A stretch of 64,000 nucleotides of DNA from Candidatus Auribacter fodinae (GTDB lineage Bacteria > Auribacterota > Auribacteria > Auribacterales > Auribacteraceae), in assembly GCA_003599815.1 (NCBI GenBank), contig QZJZ01000071.1:1897-65896 (forward strand), given 5' to 3'. Below the pieces are notes generated by a model that was given only the letters and a program-made list of their open reading frames with translations, did no database searches and was not told the DNA's origin. The position numbers were made by a program, and so were the translations under genes. Below are positions 38,075 through 47,790 of this stretch, one piece after another (position 1 is the first letter of the stretch; each line of letters begins with the position of its first letter).

Positions 38075-39202
38075 TCATTCTTCAAAGTATTTTATAATCC
38101 TCATGGGATCATATTCTTCATCTTTTTTTTCATCGATCACGCTGAGCGTTTTGTTGCGTTCAGTCGTTGTTTTGTTTTCACGAGCGTAATCCTTTGATCT
38201 GGAAACAATAGCGGTTACTTTTCGCTGAAGTTTCTTATCGTCAAAAGTGACTTCAGCCTCTATGCGAAAAAAATCGCTGGTAACGCCAACCAGTTTTTTT
38301 GTCCTCAGCCAGTTGAGCATGGTCATTTTGCTTGCTTCGTGTGTGCCGATGGCTGTTTCGATGTTCTGGTCTTTAAAAATCTGGTCATCTTCCGTGCCGG
38401 GCAAGCCGTCGTCGCCGTTACGGTACTCGATGATGAGCCGTATCAGGTCGTCGCGCTCGGATTTGCTCATCTCTTTCTGGTCGCTTTGCATGGCGAAGAG
38501 CGCTGACAGCACTTCACGTGAAGCGGTATTAAAATTAACGGCTCCTTTGCCCCAGAACGTGATTATATTTTTAAGCCGTGCCCTGCTTTTATTTTTGTCT
38601 GAGCTGTTGGAGAAAAAGTTTTTCAGGAAATGCAGTTCCTCCAGCAACTGGATGTTACCGTGGCGAGCTTCATACCCGTAGGTTGATTCATACCATGCGT
38701 CAAGTTCCTTGTTGCCGGAATTTTTCTGCCGCCAGTGGTCAATGACTTCGATCAGGTCGTCATCTATGCCGAATTCCTCTTCCCAGTATTCCGAGCTGAG
38801 AATTGAGGTCGGCAATACATTGATATTAATTCTCGACTCTTCATCTTCCGCGCCGTACAGGGTAATCAGCTCGTTATCGTTGGATTCCGCGGTATGGGCT
38901 ACGGTCAGTTTTACCCCTTCGTCGATTTCCGATTCAAAGAAAGCGTCTGTATTGTTGCCCCATGATTCATTGTACGCGTCGACTTTGCGGTCGGAATCGT
39001 TGGCTATATGAAAAAAGACGGTATAAAGGCCCTGCTGTAACGCGTAACTCGCTTTCATTTTGTTGATATACAGGCCTGTCAGGCGCAGTTCAATAGTGCC
39101 TCTGTATCCGAGCCCAACGGCAAAAAGAGATAACAGCGCCAGCACCCATAGTGCGAGTATAATTATGGAGCCGCTGTTGATTTCTTTGGAACACAATTTC
39201 AT
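38075..39202 (-). CDS. gspK: T2SS minor pseudopilin GspK
   Basis: G|SIIILALW, DEESRININ, VNFNTAS.EVL. Confidence 0.85.
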   Translation of the reverse strand: MKLCSKEINSGSIIILALWVLALLSLFAVGLGYRGTIELRLTGLYINKMKASYALQQGLYTVFFHIANDSDRKVDAYNESWGNNTDAFFESEIDEGVKLTVAHTAESNDNELITLYGAEDEESRININVLPTSILSSEYWEEEFGIDDDLIEVIDHWRQKNSGNKELDAWYESTYGYEARHGNIQLLEELHFLKNFFSNSSDKNKSRARLKNIITFWGKGAVNFNTASREVLSALFAMQSDQKEMSKSERDDLIRLIIEYRNGDDGLPGTEDDQIFKDQNIETAIGTHEASKMTMLNWLRTKKLVGVTSDFFRIEAEVTFDDKKLQRKVTAIVSRSKDYARENKTTTERNKTLSVIDEKKDEEYDPMRIIKYFEE

Positions 39203-39900
39203 CAGAACAGCCCTTCTTCCTCTTCAGGCAATGGTTCCAGTGTGCCGTGGGGGATGAAAACAGTGCGCTTGTACGTGATGGTTTTCTTGCCCTCAGGATC
39301 TGTTTCGTCAATCATTTCTATTGAAATTTTAAGGAACTGCGGGATACGGTCTTTTACTTTCCACTCGTCTTCCCAGATAAGTACCTGTTCTTCCGTTTCG
39401 TCCTGTTCTTCGTCAGTTTCGATGTAGGCGTATTCGAAATCGAGCGATACAATACCCGGCGAGAATTCACGGGGTTTGACTTTATCGCCCTCACTGCTTT
39501 GAAGGAAGGTTTCCTGTTTGCGCGTCAGGGTTTTATGTTTATCGCGATACGATTGCCGGTCAAGTTTGTATTCGATTTTAAACAGGTTAGTGTCAAAAGT
39601 GGCTTTCGCTTCTTTCGACGCGTTGGTGACGATCATTGCCACGGGAAAATAAATCTCGTTCGCCTGCCCGACGAACTGGATATACGAAAAATACACGCAG
39701 TTTCGTATTTCGGATATCATCGTATCAAGAATTATCCGTGCTTTCTGGTGCATGTTGGAACCCTGATCCGTACGTTTCCATGACTGCACCCCGACGGATA
39801 AGGCGGCATGGATGGCGACCGAGATGGTAGCGAACAGGGAAATGGCTATCAGGAGTTCAAGCAAAGTGAAATGCGATTTTTTCAGGCGGTCAGAACTCAC
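39202..39900 (-). CDS. gspJ: T2SS minor pseudopilin GspJ-like
   Basis: H|FTLLELLIA prepilin motif; C-terminal W..EW....IP..LKI. Confidence 0.8.
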   Translation of the reverse strand: MSSDRLKKSHFTLLELLIAISLFATISVAIHAALSVGVQSWKRTDQGSNMHQKARIILDTMISEIRNCVYFSYIQFVGQANEIYFPVAMIVTNASKEAKATFDTNLFKIEYKLDRQSYRDKHKTLTRKQETFLQSSEGDKVKPREFSPGIVSLDFEYAYIETDEEQDETEEQVLIWEDEWKVKDRIPQFLKISIEMIDETDPEGKKTITYKRTVFIPHGTLEPLPEEEEGLF

Positions 39901-40396
39901 TCTTGAGATCCTCCGTTTCTTCCTGAGGCAGTTCCCTGATGGTTGCTGTTGAATAGAGGAGTTCCTTGTCAGTGGACCGGTATTGCCACATGACTTTTAC
40001 TGAAATTTTTTTCAGCAGGTAAACAGCTTGCTGTGCAGTGTCTTCCGTCTCGGTTCCGGGAGGAACAGGTTCTTCAGCCATTTCTTCTTCCGTCATTTCG
40101 AATTCAGGATACACTTCCTCAACTGTCTGTTCCCACGAGTATGCTTCATAGGGATACTCAAAGGAGCCGTTGGTCAGCCCTGCGGTGATTTCCTGCTGAG
40201 AGAGTGTCTGAGCGATAATCTGTTCAATAAGCATTGACGCTTCAAGGTACTGCTGTGATATAGTTCCTGCCGCAAGGCTGGTGGCGTAAGTGCGCATTAT
40301 GGCAACGGTTCCTGCGGAAACAATCATGATTGCCAGTACCGCTTCCATGAGAAGAAATCCGTATTGGGACACGAGTTTTTTAGGGGATGCCGCCAT
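39890..40396 (-). CDS. gspI: T2SS minor pseudopilin GspI-like
   Basis: G|FLLMEAVLA; position between H and J. Confidence 0.75.
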   Translation of the reverse strand: MAASPKKLVSQYGFLLMEAVLAIMIVSAGTVAIMRTYATSLAAGTISQQYLEASMLIEQIIAQTLSQQEITAGLTNGSFEYPYEAYSWEQTVEEVYPEFEMTEEEMAEEPVPPGTETEDTAQQAVYLLKKISVKVMWQYRSTDKELLYSTATIRELPQEETEDLKSEF

Positions 40397-40398
40397 TG

Positions 40399-40968
40399 TC
40401 ACATCCTCTTTTTCTCTTTATAGAGTTTGACCAGCCCGACCGATTGTTTGGTGGTGATGGTGTACGTCTCATCGTTGGCGCCGGTAATATATATCACGCA
40501 TTCGTCCGACTGCCCGTCAGGGTAGAAGGTGACATAATCTTCTTTGTCCGGTTCGTCTATGTCGAGTTCTATGTCCTGAGGAAAAAACATTTTTCTTCCG
40601 ATAGAGCCTTGCAGTTCCTCGAATTCAGGTTCCTTGTCCCTGTTTCGTGAAGAGCGCCGTGACGATTTGGTTTCCTCTTCTTTTTCCGGTTCCTTAAGAG
40701 TCTCAAGGCAGTAAGCGGCGGGATCGTCTTTAAAGAAACGGACACGGTACGGCTTGCGTTCGATGATGGCCCTGTCGCGAGCGTAGTACATCAATTTCAC
40801 GATGTTATAAACCGTGTTGCGGAATTTTATAGTTTCATAGGTAGAACGAAACCGGGGTACTGCGGCAACCACAATAATGCTCAGAATCAGAACGACAACA
40901 GACAGTTCTATCAGGGTAAAGCCGGCAGTGGAGCGATTAGTTTTCTTCACTCCAGTTGGTAATATCAT
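40399..40968 (-). CDS. gspH: T2SS minor pseudopilin GspH-like
   Basis: AGGAGG RBS; G|FTLIEL, ARDRAI, FYPDG. Confidence 0.8.
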   Translation of the reverse strand: MILPTGVKKTNRSTAGFTLIELSVVVLILSIIVVAAVPRFRSTYETIKFRNTVYNIVKLMYYARDRAIIERKPYRVRFFKDDPAAYCLETLKEPEKEEETKSSRRSSRNRDKEPEFEELQGSIGRKMFFPQDIELDIDEPDKEDYVTFYPDGQSDECVIYITGANDETYTITTKQSVGLVKLYKEKKRM

Positions 40969-41353
40969 CGCCTCCTCCTTCCTGCCCGTCCGGACCGAAG
41001 GAATACAGGTCGTAATCGTCCTGATTGTGTGTGCCGGGGCATTTGTACTGGTACGGGTTACCCCATGGGTCATTAAAACTTTTGGTTTTTATATAAGGGC
41101 CTTTCCATCCTTTTGCTGAACTGCTTTTCAAGGCGGTGAGCCCTTCTTCGCCGGGATATTTTCCCGTGTCGATTTCATAAAGCTGAAGTGCGGTGGCATA
41201 TGCGCCGGCTATTTCGCCTTTAGCGGTCTGGACTTTGGCTTCCTGAGCACGTCCCGTGAACTTGACAACAGCCATGGTCGCCAGTACGCCAAGGATGATG
41301 ACCACCAGCATAAGTTCAACCAGTGTAAAACCTCGTTGTGACATTTTCTTCAT
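40937..41353 (-). CDS. gspG: T2SS major pseudopilin GspG
   Basis: G|FTLVELM, WKGPY, DPWGNPY.Y, YDLYSFGPDG....DDI.NW. Confidence 0.93.
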   Translation of the reverse strand: MKKMSQRGFTLVELMLVVIILGVLATMAVVKFTGRAQEAKVQTAKGEIAGAYATALQLYEIDTGKYPGEEGLTALKSSSAKGWKGPYIKTKSFNDPWGNPYQYKCPGTHNQDDYDLYSFGPDGQEGGGDDITNWSEEN

Positions 41354-41442
41354 TCTCACAATCTCCCTTTTTGTGATATGTGTATGAGAAACAAACCGCA
41401 GTAGATTCTTATAGTATAGCAATACATATTCTTAGACAACAG

Positions 41443-42228
41443 TTATTCTCCTGAGTTACACCATTTTTGCTCCAGCAAGGCAATGGTGCGTATTGAGGAC
41501 GGATACGCGAAGCGCAGGGCTTCCTCGACAGTTTTTCCTGCCCGGAGCTGGCGTATGAATTCGGCGAACTGCTGTTTGCCGTACGAGTCAACCATGAACC
41601 GGATAAGATAATATGACTGAAGGTAAAACAGGGATATTTTCCGGTCATCCTCAACCTGTATAAGCGATTTGATCCGCTGGATTTCTGCGAGCGGGATATA
41701 TGCCCCGTCTTTCAGTATGCCGCGCATGGCGTTGTCCTGTTCCGTCCTGTCGATATTTTCCTGAAACTGGGCGAGCCCTTCATCGATCCAGAGCGGCACA
41801 TTAGGGTTGTCTTTAATGTATTCCCGCAGGATAATGTGCGTGAGCTCATGAGGCAGAAGCGAGTTTAGAAAATTTTCAGCCCACGGGAACGCGTACAGGC
41901 GTTTACTGCGGTAATCAACGTGGCCTCCCGACCAGTCCGGCTGGCGGGTAACGGCGCAGTATTCGTCATGAGACTCGAACAGTATTATGGTGCATCGGTT
42001 GTCCCATGTCCAGAAACCGGAGAACCTGTCCAGTTCCAGATCCGTTGTGATTGAGTCGTAGTATTTCTCCGCCGCTGTTTCCACTTCTTTTGCGAACGAT
42101 GTGCCGCACCGGTACTGTATAATAAAATGGTCGCTTTTAATTTCTTCAAAAGAAAGCTCTTGCGGAAAACAGGATGTCTGTGCGGCGAAGCAAAAGAATG
42201 TGAGTATATACAAGAAAGAACGTCTCAT
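41443..42228 (-). CDS. Secreted gluzincin metallopeptidase (peptidase MA-like)
   Basis: Signal peptide, HELTH, P.WIDEGLA, FY.QS. Confidence 0.82.
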   Translation of the reverse strand: MRRSFLYILTFFCFAAQTSCFPQELSFEEIKSDHFIIQYRCGTSFAKEVETAAEKYYDSITTDLELDRFSGFWTWDNRCTIILFESHDEYCAVTRQPDWSGGHVDYRSKRLYAFPWAENFLNSLLPHELTHIILREYIKDNPNVPLWIDEGLAQFQENIDRTEQDNAMRGILKDGAYIPLAEIQRIKSLIQVEDDRKISLFYLQSYYLIRFMVDSYGKQQFAEFIRQLRAGKTVEEALRFAYPSSIRTIALLEQKWCNSGE

Positions 42229-42229
42229 A

Positions 42230-43492
42230 TTATTGCGCGATGTTACTGATTTCAAATATAGGCAGAACGATACTGATAACAATGATACCGAGAATCAGCC
42301 CGAGCACCGCGATCATGAGCGGTTCGAGCATGGATGTAAAGGTTTTTATTGTCCTGTCCACCTGTTTGTCATAGGTTTCAGCCACTTTGTTTAGAGATTT
42401 TTCCACATGCCCGCTCTCTTCGCCTACTGCAACCATGTTGATAAAAAGGGCAGGGAAGTACGGTATGCGCTTAAGGCATTCGCCGAGTTTGCTTCCTTTT
42501 GAAATATCGTCTATCATGGCGGCAATGTCACGTTGAATAACTTTATTTTTAATAGTATCCACAATGATTGACAGCGATTGAATAATCGGCACGCCGTTGT
42601 TCAGCAGAGTGCTCAGCGTCCGGCCGAACCGGGCGATTTCGTCTTTAAGCACGAGATCTTTGATAAGAGGTATCCGTAACTTGAATTTATCAAGAAGGTA
42701 TCCGCCGTCCTCTGTTTTTTTCCATTTGCTAAAAGCGTAGATGATAACGGTTACCACTATGATTATAGCCCACCAGTACTGAGATATTGCTGTGCTCGCG
42801 GCGAGGACTATCTGCGTGGGAATGGGCAGTGTCTGCCCCATATCCTTAAACATACTGGCTATACGCGGTATAACGAAAGTAAGGAGAAAAATAATCATCA
42901 GCGTACCGACCAGTACCATGAAAATGGGGTATGCCATTGCCGATTTGATTTTCGACCTGGTTTCGTCTTCCTTTTCGGTAAAATCACCGAGCCGTTCGAG
43001 TACTTCTTCCAGCATGCCGCCGATTTCGCCGGACTTGATCATATTGACAAAGAGCGGAGAAAATACCCTCGGGTGGCGGCTGAGCGATTCATGAAGCGTT
43101 TTTCCGTCTTTGATAGAATTTTTTACGTCTTCCAGCACTTTTTTGAATACCTGTGTAGTTTCCTGTTCGTAGAGGATTTCCACCGCGCGGTATAACGGCA
43201 CGCCGGAATCAACCAGATCGCCGAGCTGGCGTGTGAATGAACTTAAGTTCCTGATAGACACCCGTTGGAACAGGGAAAACCCGCCTGCGGGTTTCGGCGC
43301 CGGTGTGCGCGTTGTTTTTTTTGTCGAGCTGACGGATGGAGCCGAACGTGATCCGTCTGACAATTTTACTGTTATGGGAAAATAGCCCATGGACGACAAC
43401 TTGTTCAGGGCCGCGGACTGGTTTTCCGCTTCCAGTGTGCCTTCTACGATTTCCCGTGGGCCTTTTTTTGCTTTATAGGCGAACTGCGGCAT
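42230..43492 (-). CDS. gspF: T2SS inner-membrane platform GspF/PilC
   Basis: FTRQL, GE.GG.L, AM.YP, GEESG, LEP. Confidence 0.93.
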   Translation of the reverse strand: MPQFAYKAKKGPREIVEGTLEAENQSAALNKLSSMGYFPITVKLSDGSRSAPSVSSTKKTTRTPAPKPAGGFSLFQRVSIRNLSSFTRQLGDLVDSGVPLYRAVEILYEQETTQVFKKVLEDVKNSIKDGKTLHESLSRHPRVFSPLFVNMIKSGEIGGMLEEVLERLGDFTEKEDETRSKIKSAMAYPIFMVLVGTLMIIFLLTFVIPRIASMFKDMGQTLPIPTQIVLAASTAISQYWWAIIIVVTVIIYAFSKWKKTEDGGYLLDKFKLRIPLIKDLVLKDEIARFGRTLSTLLNNGVPIIQSLSIIVDTIKNKVIQRDIAAMIDDISKGSKLGECLKRIPYFPALFINMVAVGEESGHVEKSLNKVAETYDKQVDRTIKTFTSMLEPLMIAVLGLILGIIVISIVLPIFEISNIAQ

Positions 43493-43493
43493 A

Positions 43494-45626
43494 TTAGTCT
43501 AACACTTCCTCCTGCGCGACACGAAATACTTCGGTGACGGTGGTTTTTCCTTCCATCGCCTTGAGTAACCCGGTCTGTTTGAGGGTCATCATCCCCTGAG
43601 ACCTGACAACTTCATCCTTTATAACATTAGCCGGTACCCGTTGTACAACCATTTCCCTCACTTTGTCTGACATAACCATGATTTCATAAATTACTGTCCT
43701 GCCTCTGTAACCTGTTCCTTTGCAGTCATCGCACCCTTTGCCTTCATACAGGGTGACTGTGGATATATCAAATCCCGGCAATCCTTGAAATTCGCGCAGG
43801 TATGCGTCGTCAAAAGGAACCTGTGTTTTGCAGGATGAACAGACGGTTCGCACAAGTCTCTGCGCTATAATACATTCTACGGAAGAGGAAACAAGGTATG
43901 GCTCTATGCCCATGTCTATAAGACGGGTAATGGAACTTGCCGCGTCGTTGGTATGCAGTGTACTGAATACCACGTGTCCGGTGAGCGCGGCTCTAATGGC
44001 GGCTTCAGCGGTTTCGTAGTCACGGATTTCTCCGATCATCATAACGTCAGGGTCATGGCGGAGCATTGAACGGAGCGCGCGGGCAAACGTCAGGTCAATT
44101 TTAGGGAGTACCTGAATCTGCGATACTCCAGACATCCGGTATTCGATCGGGTCTTCAATGGTAATAATTTTCAAATGTGATTTGTTTAGCTTTTTCAAGC
44201 TGGCGTATAGGGTGGTTGATTTACCGCTTCCTGTCGGGCCGGTAACAAGGATAATGCCGTGCGGTTTGGTTATGATTTTGTTCAGCACGGTCAGGTCTTT
44301 TTCCACATAGCCGAGCTGGTTCAGGCTGAGCAGTTCGTTGTTCGCCGTAAGCAAACGGATATTGACCGTTTCGCCGTACGGTGTAGGCAGGGTAGATACA
44401 CGGAGGTCGAGATCCGCTTCTTTCATCCGCATTTTGATCCTGCCGTCCTGCGGCAACCGCCGTTCCGCGATGTTCAGGCTCGCCATAATTTTTATACGGG
44501 ATACTATAGCCGACTGCAGTCTGTGCAGGTTGGGCGGCACATTGGTCTCGTACAGCAGTCCGTCTATACGGTACCTGATACGGAGCTGACCTTCAAACGG
44601 TTCTATATGAATATCCGTAGCGCGGTCTTTGTATGCTTCTATAAAAATCTGATTCACGAATTTAATAATCGAGGCGTCAGCCGCCAGTTCGTCGACGCTG
44701 TCAATAGCGGCGTCCTCAACTTCCGGCATTTCCAGCGTATCGACATTTTCGTCCATCATCTGTTCTACCGTATCGGCGCCGATACCGTAATACCGTTTGA
44801 GCGAGTCCATGATCTGTTCCTCGCTGGCGAGGTAGGCGACAATCTGGTAGCCGAGAAGGAGTTTCATATCGTCGATTATGTGTATGTCGAGCGGGTCAAC
44901 GGTGGCTATTCGCAGTGTGGCGCCGTCGAACTTTATCGGCATTATTTTGTAGTGATGCGCGAATTTAGCCGGTACTTTTTCGATCGCTTCCGGCTGAATT
45001 GTGGCGTCTTTCAATGATATATACTCCACCCCGAGATTTTCCGCCAGCATGGGGAGCACTTCATTCTCTTTGCAGATGCCCATGCGTATCAGTGTGTGAG
45101 CGAGGTATTTTTCTGTGTCGCGGCGTTGCGAGCGGGCACGTTCGAGCTGTGCTTCCTCAACGACACCCATGCTGAGGAGTATCTGCTCAAACGAACGGTC
45201 GCTGATGGTGTCGGAGATATGGATGTTTTCCGAGGTTTTGATGCCGTCAGCTCTTGAGCGCCAGTAGGTTTTTTCCACGGAATGATACAGTTCGTCGAGG
45301 TCAAACGGCTTTTTCAGCAGTTCTTCTGCGCCGACCAGCAAAGCCTCTTTTACATTATATGACTCATCGTAGCCGGTCATCATAATGACGCCGATATGCG
45401 GCTGGCGTTTTTTGATCAGGTCGAGCAGTTCGAATCCGTCCATGCCGGGCAGGCATATATCGGTGAGAAGGATATCGCAGTGATATTTCGACAGGAGTTT
45501 CAGCGCGGTTTCCGCGTTGTTCGCCTGATAGACGGTATACCCTTTTTCGCCCAGGGCCGTATTGACCATGGATCGGATATCGTCGTCATCGTCAACCAGC
45601 AGTATGTTAATGTTCTCATTGCTCAT
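43494..45626 (-). CDS. gspE: T2SS ATPase GspE with N-terminal fused receiver domain
   Basis: REC (LVDDD, TDICLPGMDG, MTG, KKPF); GPTGSGKSTT, EDPIEY, GEIRD, CxxC pairs. Confidence 0.92.
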   Translation of the reverse strand: MSNENINILLVDDDDDIRSMVNTALGEKGYTVYQANNAETALKLLSKYHCDILLTDICLPGMDGFELLDLIKKRQPHIGVIMMTGYDESYNVKEALLVGAEELLKKPFDLDELYHSVEKTYWRSRADGIKTSENIHISDTISDRSFEQILLSMGVVEEAQLERARSQRRDTEKYLAHTLIRMGICKENEVLPMLAENLGVEYISLKDATIQPEAIEKVPAKFAHHYKIMPIKFDGATLRIATVDPLDIHIIDDMKLLLGYQIVAYLASEEQIMDSLKRYYGIGADTVEQMMDENVDTLEMPEVEDAAIDSVDELAADASIIKFVNQIFIEAYKDRATDIHIEPFEGQLRIRYRIDGLLYETNVPPNLHRLQSAIVSRIKIMASLNIAERRLPQDGRIKMRMKEADLDLRVSTLPTPYGETVNIRLLTANNELLSLNQLGYVEKDLTVLNKIITKPHGIILVTGPTGSGKSTTLYASLKKLNKSHLKIITIEDPIEYRMSGVSQIQVLPKIDLTFARALRSMLRHDPDVMMIGEIRDYETAEAAIRAALTGHVVFSTLHTNDAASSITRLIDMGIEPYLVSSSVECIIAQRLVRTVCSSCKTQVPFDDAYLREFQGLPGFDISTVTLYEGKGCDDCKGTGYRGRTVIYEIMVMSDKVREMVVQRVPANVIKDEVVRSQGMMTLKQTGLLKAMEGKTTVTEVFRVAQEEVLD

Positions 45627-45846
45627 AAAGCTGAATCCTCTCTTATTGTGTACTGTATCATGAAATATAAAAAAATAGCAATATTAACGAGCGGCCATGT
45701 ATTTTCTTTTCTCCCGCTTACAGTTACTACATCGGATAACCTGACGTACCTGTTTACTAAAAGCGGAAAATCTTTTTTTGGTAACGAAAATAAACGGTTT
45801 GTGTTATCATAAAAAGAGGGTAATTTCAGGGTTTGAGAGGGGATTT

Positions 45847-45914
45847 TTTATTCAGAAAAAAAGATTGTTTTTCTGAATAAATTTATTGACCGGAATGTGT
45901 CCGGCTGTTATCAT
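45847..45914 (+). promoter_or_regulatory. 14-bp perfect inverted repeat plus sigma70-type promoter
   Basis: TTTATTCAGAAAAA-7nt-TTTTTCTGAATAAA, then TTGACC-17nt-TATCAT with TGn. Confidence 0.6.
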
Positions 45915-46061
45915 GAGACACATAGTGCGGTATGCATTATAGTTGTATGTTATTCTGTCCCCTAAAACAAAAAATCATCAATTTTTTTTCATCAAAAACA
46001 AAAACTATGCCACTGTCATGGGTACAAAAGAACGCGGCTTATAAGGCAAGAATGTACTTGT

Positions 46062-47411
46062 ATGAATTATGACTCGTTAGCAGTAAAGCAATCGGATTCA
46101 TTAAGCTCCCGGTTAAGCCCTGAGAGTATATTGTCGCTTGATCATAGCATTCCCGCGGAATTGACCGATGCACGAATATTGATTATTGATTCTATAGAAC
46201 AGACCAGAACGCTCCTGCATTCCTTTTTTGTGAACAGCGATTACAAAAACTGTTTTACCACTAATTGGGACAACCCCTACGAAGCCTTTTTGAAAGAAAA
46301 CCCTGACATAATCATTCCCTGTATTTATGCTGATTGCGGGCTGAACACTGATTTTTTTGAGATGCTGGTGCATAAACGGTCAATGGTTGAATCAATCCTC
46401 ATAACTGACAGCAGGGAAATAAAGGCGTCATTCAACGCTTTACCGCTTGGCGTGTGCGAGATAATATTAATGCCGATTTGCATTGATGAGCTGGAAAGCG
46501 CCCTGTCACGAGCCTACAAACGGCTGAAAGAAAACCTGAACCGCCGTTTCATTGTGAGCCAGTTCGATGCGACTATTCCGCCAAGGACGCCGAGGACGGA
46601 ACCCACAGAAACCATTGACAAGCGGATTATTCAGGGTATTATTCATAACCTGAACAGCCCTCTCAGTGTAATGTCCGGCAACGCCCAGCTTCTGGAAGCG
46701 GGCATGGCGGAACTGGAGAATCTTGTTCATTCCAGAAAAATCTACATGGAAGATTCCTTATACTGCGACGTGGTCAGAAAGATTCAGACGTTCAGGCACT
46801 ATGTGGGCAACCTTATGGAATCCGATGACAAAATGAAAGATATCCTGACCTCGTTCCTGTCCAAGTGGAGAAAGGATCATTCCGATAAAATAGAGTATGT
46901 GGACTTAAACGAGTTTTTACGGCTGGAAATGAAGTACCTTGACGCGAACCTTGATTTCAAAAATCAGGTCACCAAGATAGTTGAGTGCCAGGAAAACCTG
47001 CCGAAAATCAAAGGGCGGTATTCCGATTTTTCGCAGGTGTTCCATAATCTTATCAGCAACGCGCTTGACGCGATGGAAACATCAGATTATAAAGAGCTTG
47101 CTCTCCGGTGTCACCAGCAGGGCGAGGAAATACGGTTTGAGATTGAGGACAACGGATGCGGCATATCTGAAGACAACATTCAGAACATTTTCAAACCGTT
47201 TTTTACCACAAAATCCGCCGATGACGAAACACAGCGCGGCGGTACAGGGTTCGGATTGTATAATTGCGTGCACCTGATGGATCCGTATGGAGGCCGGTTC
47301 GAGGTTTCAAGTGAACTCGGTTTCGGAACAAAAATAACATGGATAATACCGCTTACGGGATTGAAAGAGGTGGACGTGGAGGCTCAATCCGGTGAAAGAT
47401 CACGATTTTAG
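46062..47411 (+). CDS. Cytoplasmic histidine kinase with degenerate N-terminal receiver-like domain
   Basis: HNLNSPL H-box, NLISNALDA, DNGCG, FKPFFTTK, GTGFGL. Confidence 0.88.
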   Translation: MNYDSLAVKQSDSLSSRLSPESILSLDHSIPAELTDARILIIDSIEQTRTLLHSFFVNSDYKNCFTTNWDNPYEAFLKENPDIIIPCIYADCGLNTDFFEMLVHKRSMVESILITDSREIKASFNALPLGVCEIILMPICIDELESALSRAYKRLKENLNRRFIVSQFDATIPPRTPRTEPTETIDKRIIQGIIHNLNSPLSVMSGNAQLLEAGMAELENLVHSRKIYMEDSLYCDVVRKIQTFRHYVGNLMESDDKMKDILTSFLSKWRKDHSDKIEYVDLNEFLRLEMKYLDANLDFKNQVTKIVECQENLPKIKGRYSDFSQVFHNLISNALDAMETSDYKELALRCHQQGEEIRFEIEDNGCGISEDNIQNIFKPFFTTKSADDETQRGGTGFGLYNCVHLMDPYGGRFEVSSELGFGTKITWIIPLTGLKEVDVEAQSGERSRF

Positions 47412-47790
47412 CAAACTGGTACACAGCGCTGGCAACCCGCTTGAATTCGAGATGCTGTTTTACGAACAGCTTCTTGTCCGGCACGATGACTATTATGAAG
47501 CGTATTTTCCGCTTGCGGAAATATATACGCAACTGGGGATGTATGAGAAAGGACTTGCTATTGACCGCCGCCTTTCTGAACTGTATCCTGATGATCCCTC
47601 TGTCTGGTATAACCTTGCGTGCAGTTTGAGTCTCTGCATGAAACTTGTCGATTCTCTGGACGCGTTGGAGACAAGCGTCAAACTGGGATTTGACGACCCG
47701 GAACTGCTGAGAACAGACCCTGACCTTGCCAATATACGCTCAACATCGCGGTACCGCCGGATAATGTACTCGTTCTATGTTCATGAATGA
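47392..47790 (+). CDS. Small TPR protein
   Basis: LAEIYT..G, WYNLAC..S, A...GF.D...L..DPDL. Confidence 0.8.
   Translation: MKDHDFSKLVHSAGNPLEFEMLFYEQLLVRHDDYYEAYFPLAEIYTQLGMYEKGLAIDRRLSELYPDDPSVWYNLACSLSLCMKLVDSLDALETSVKLGFDDPELLRTDPDLANIRSTSRYRRIMYSFYVHE

Noticed and set aside
44259-45017. 252-aa plus-strand ORF
   Set aside because: Antisense shadow of gspE.
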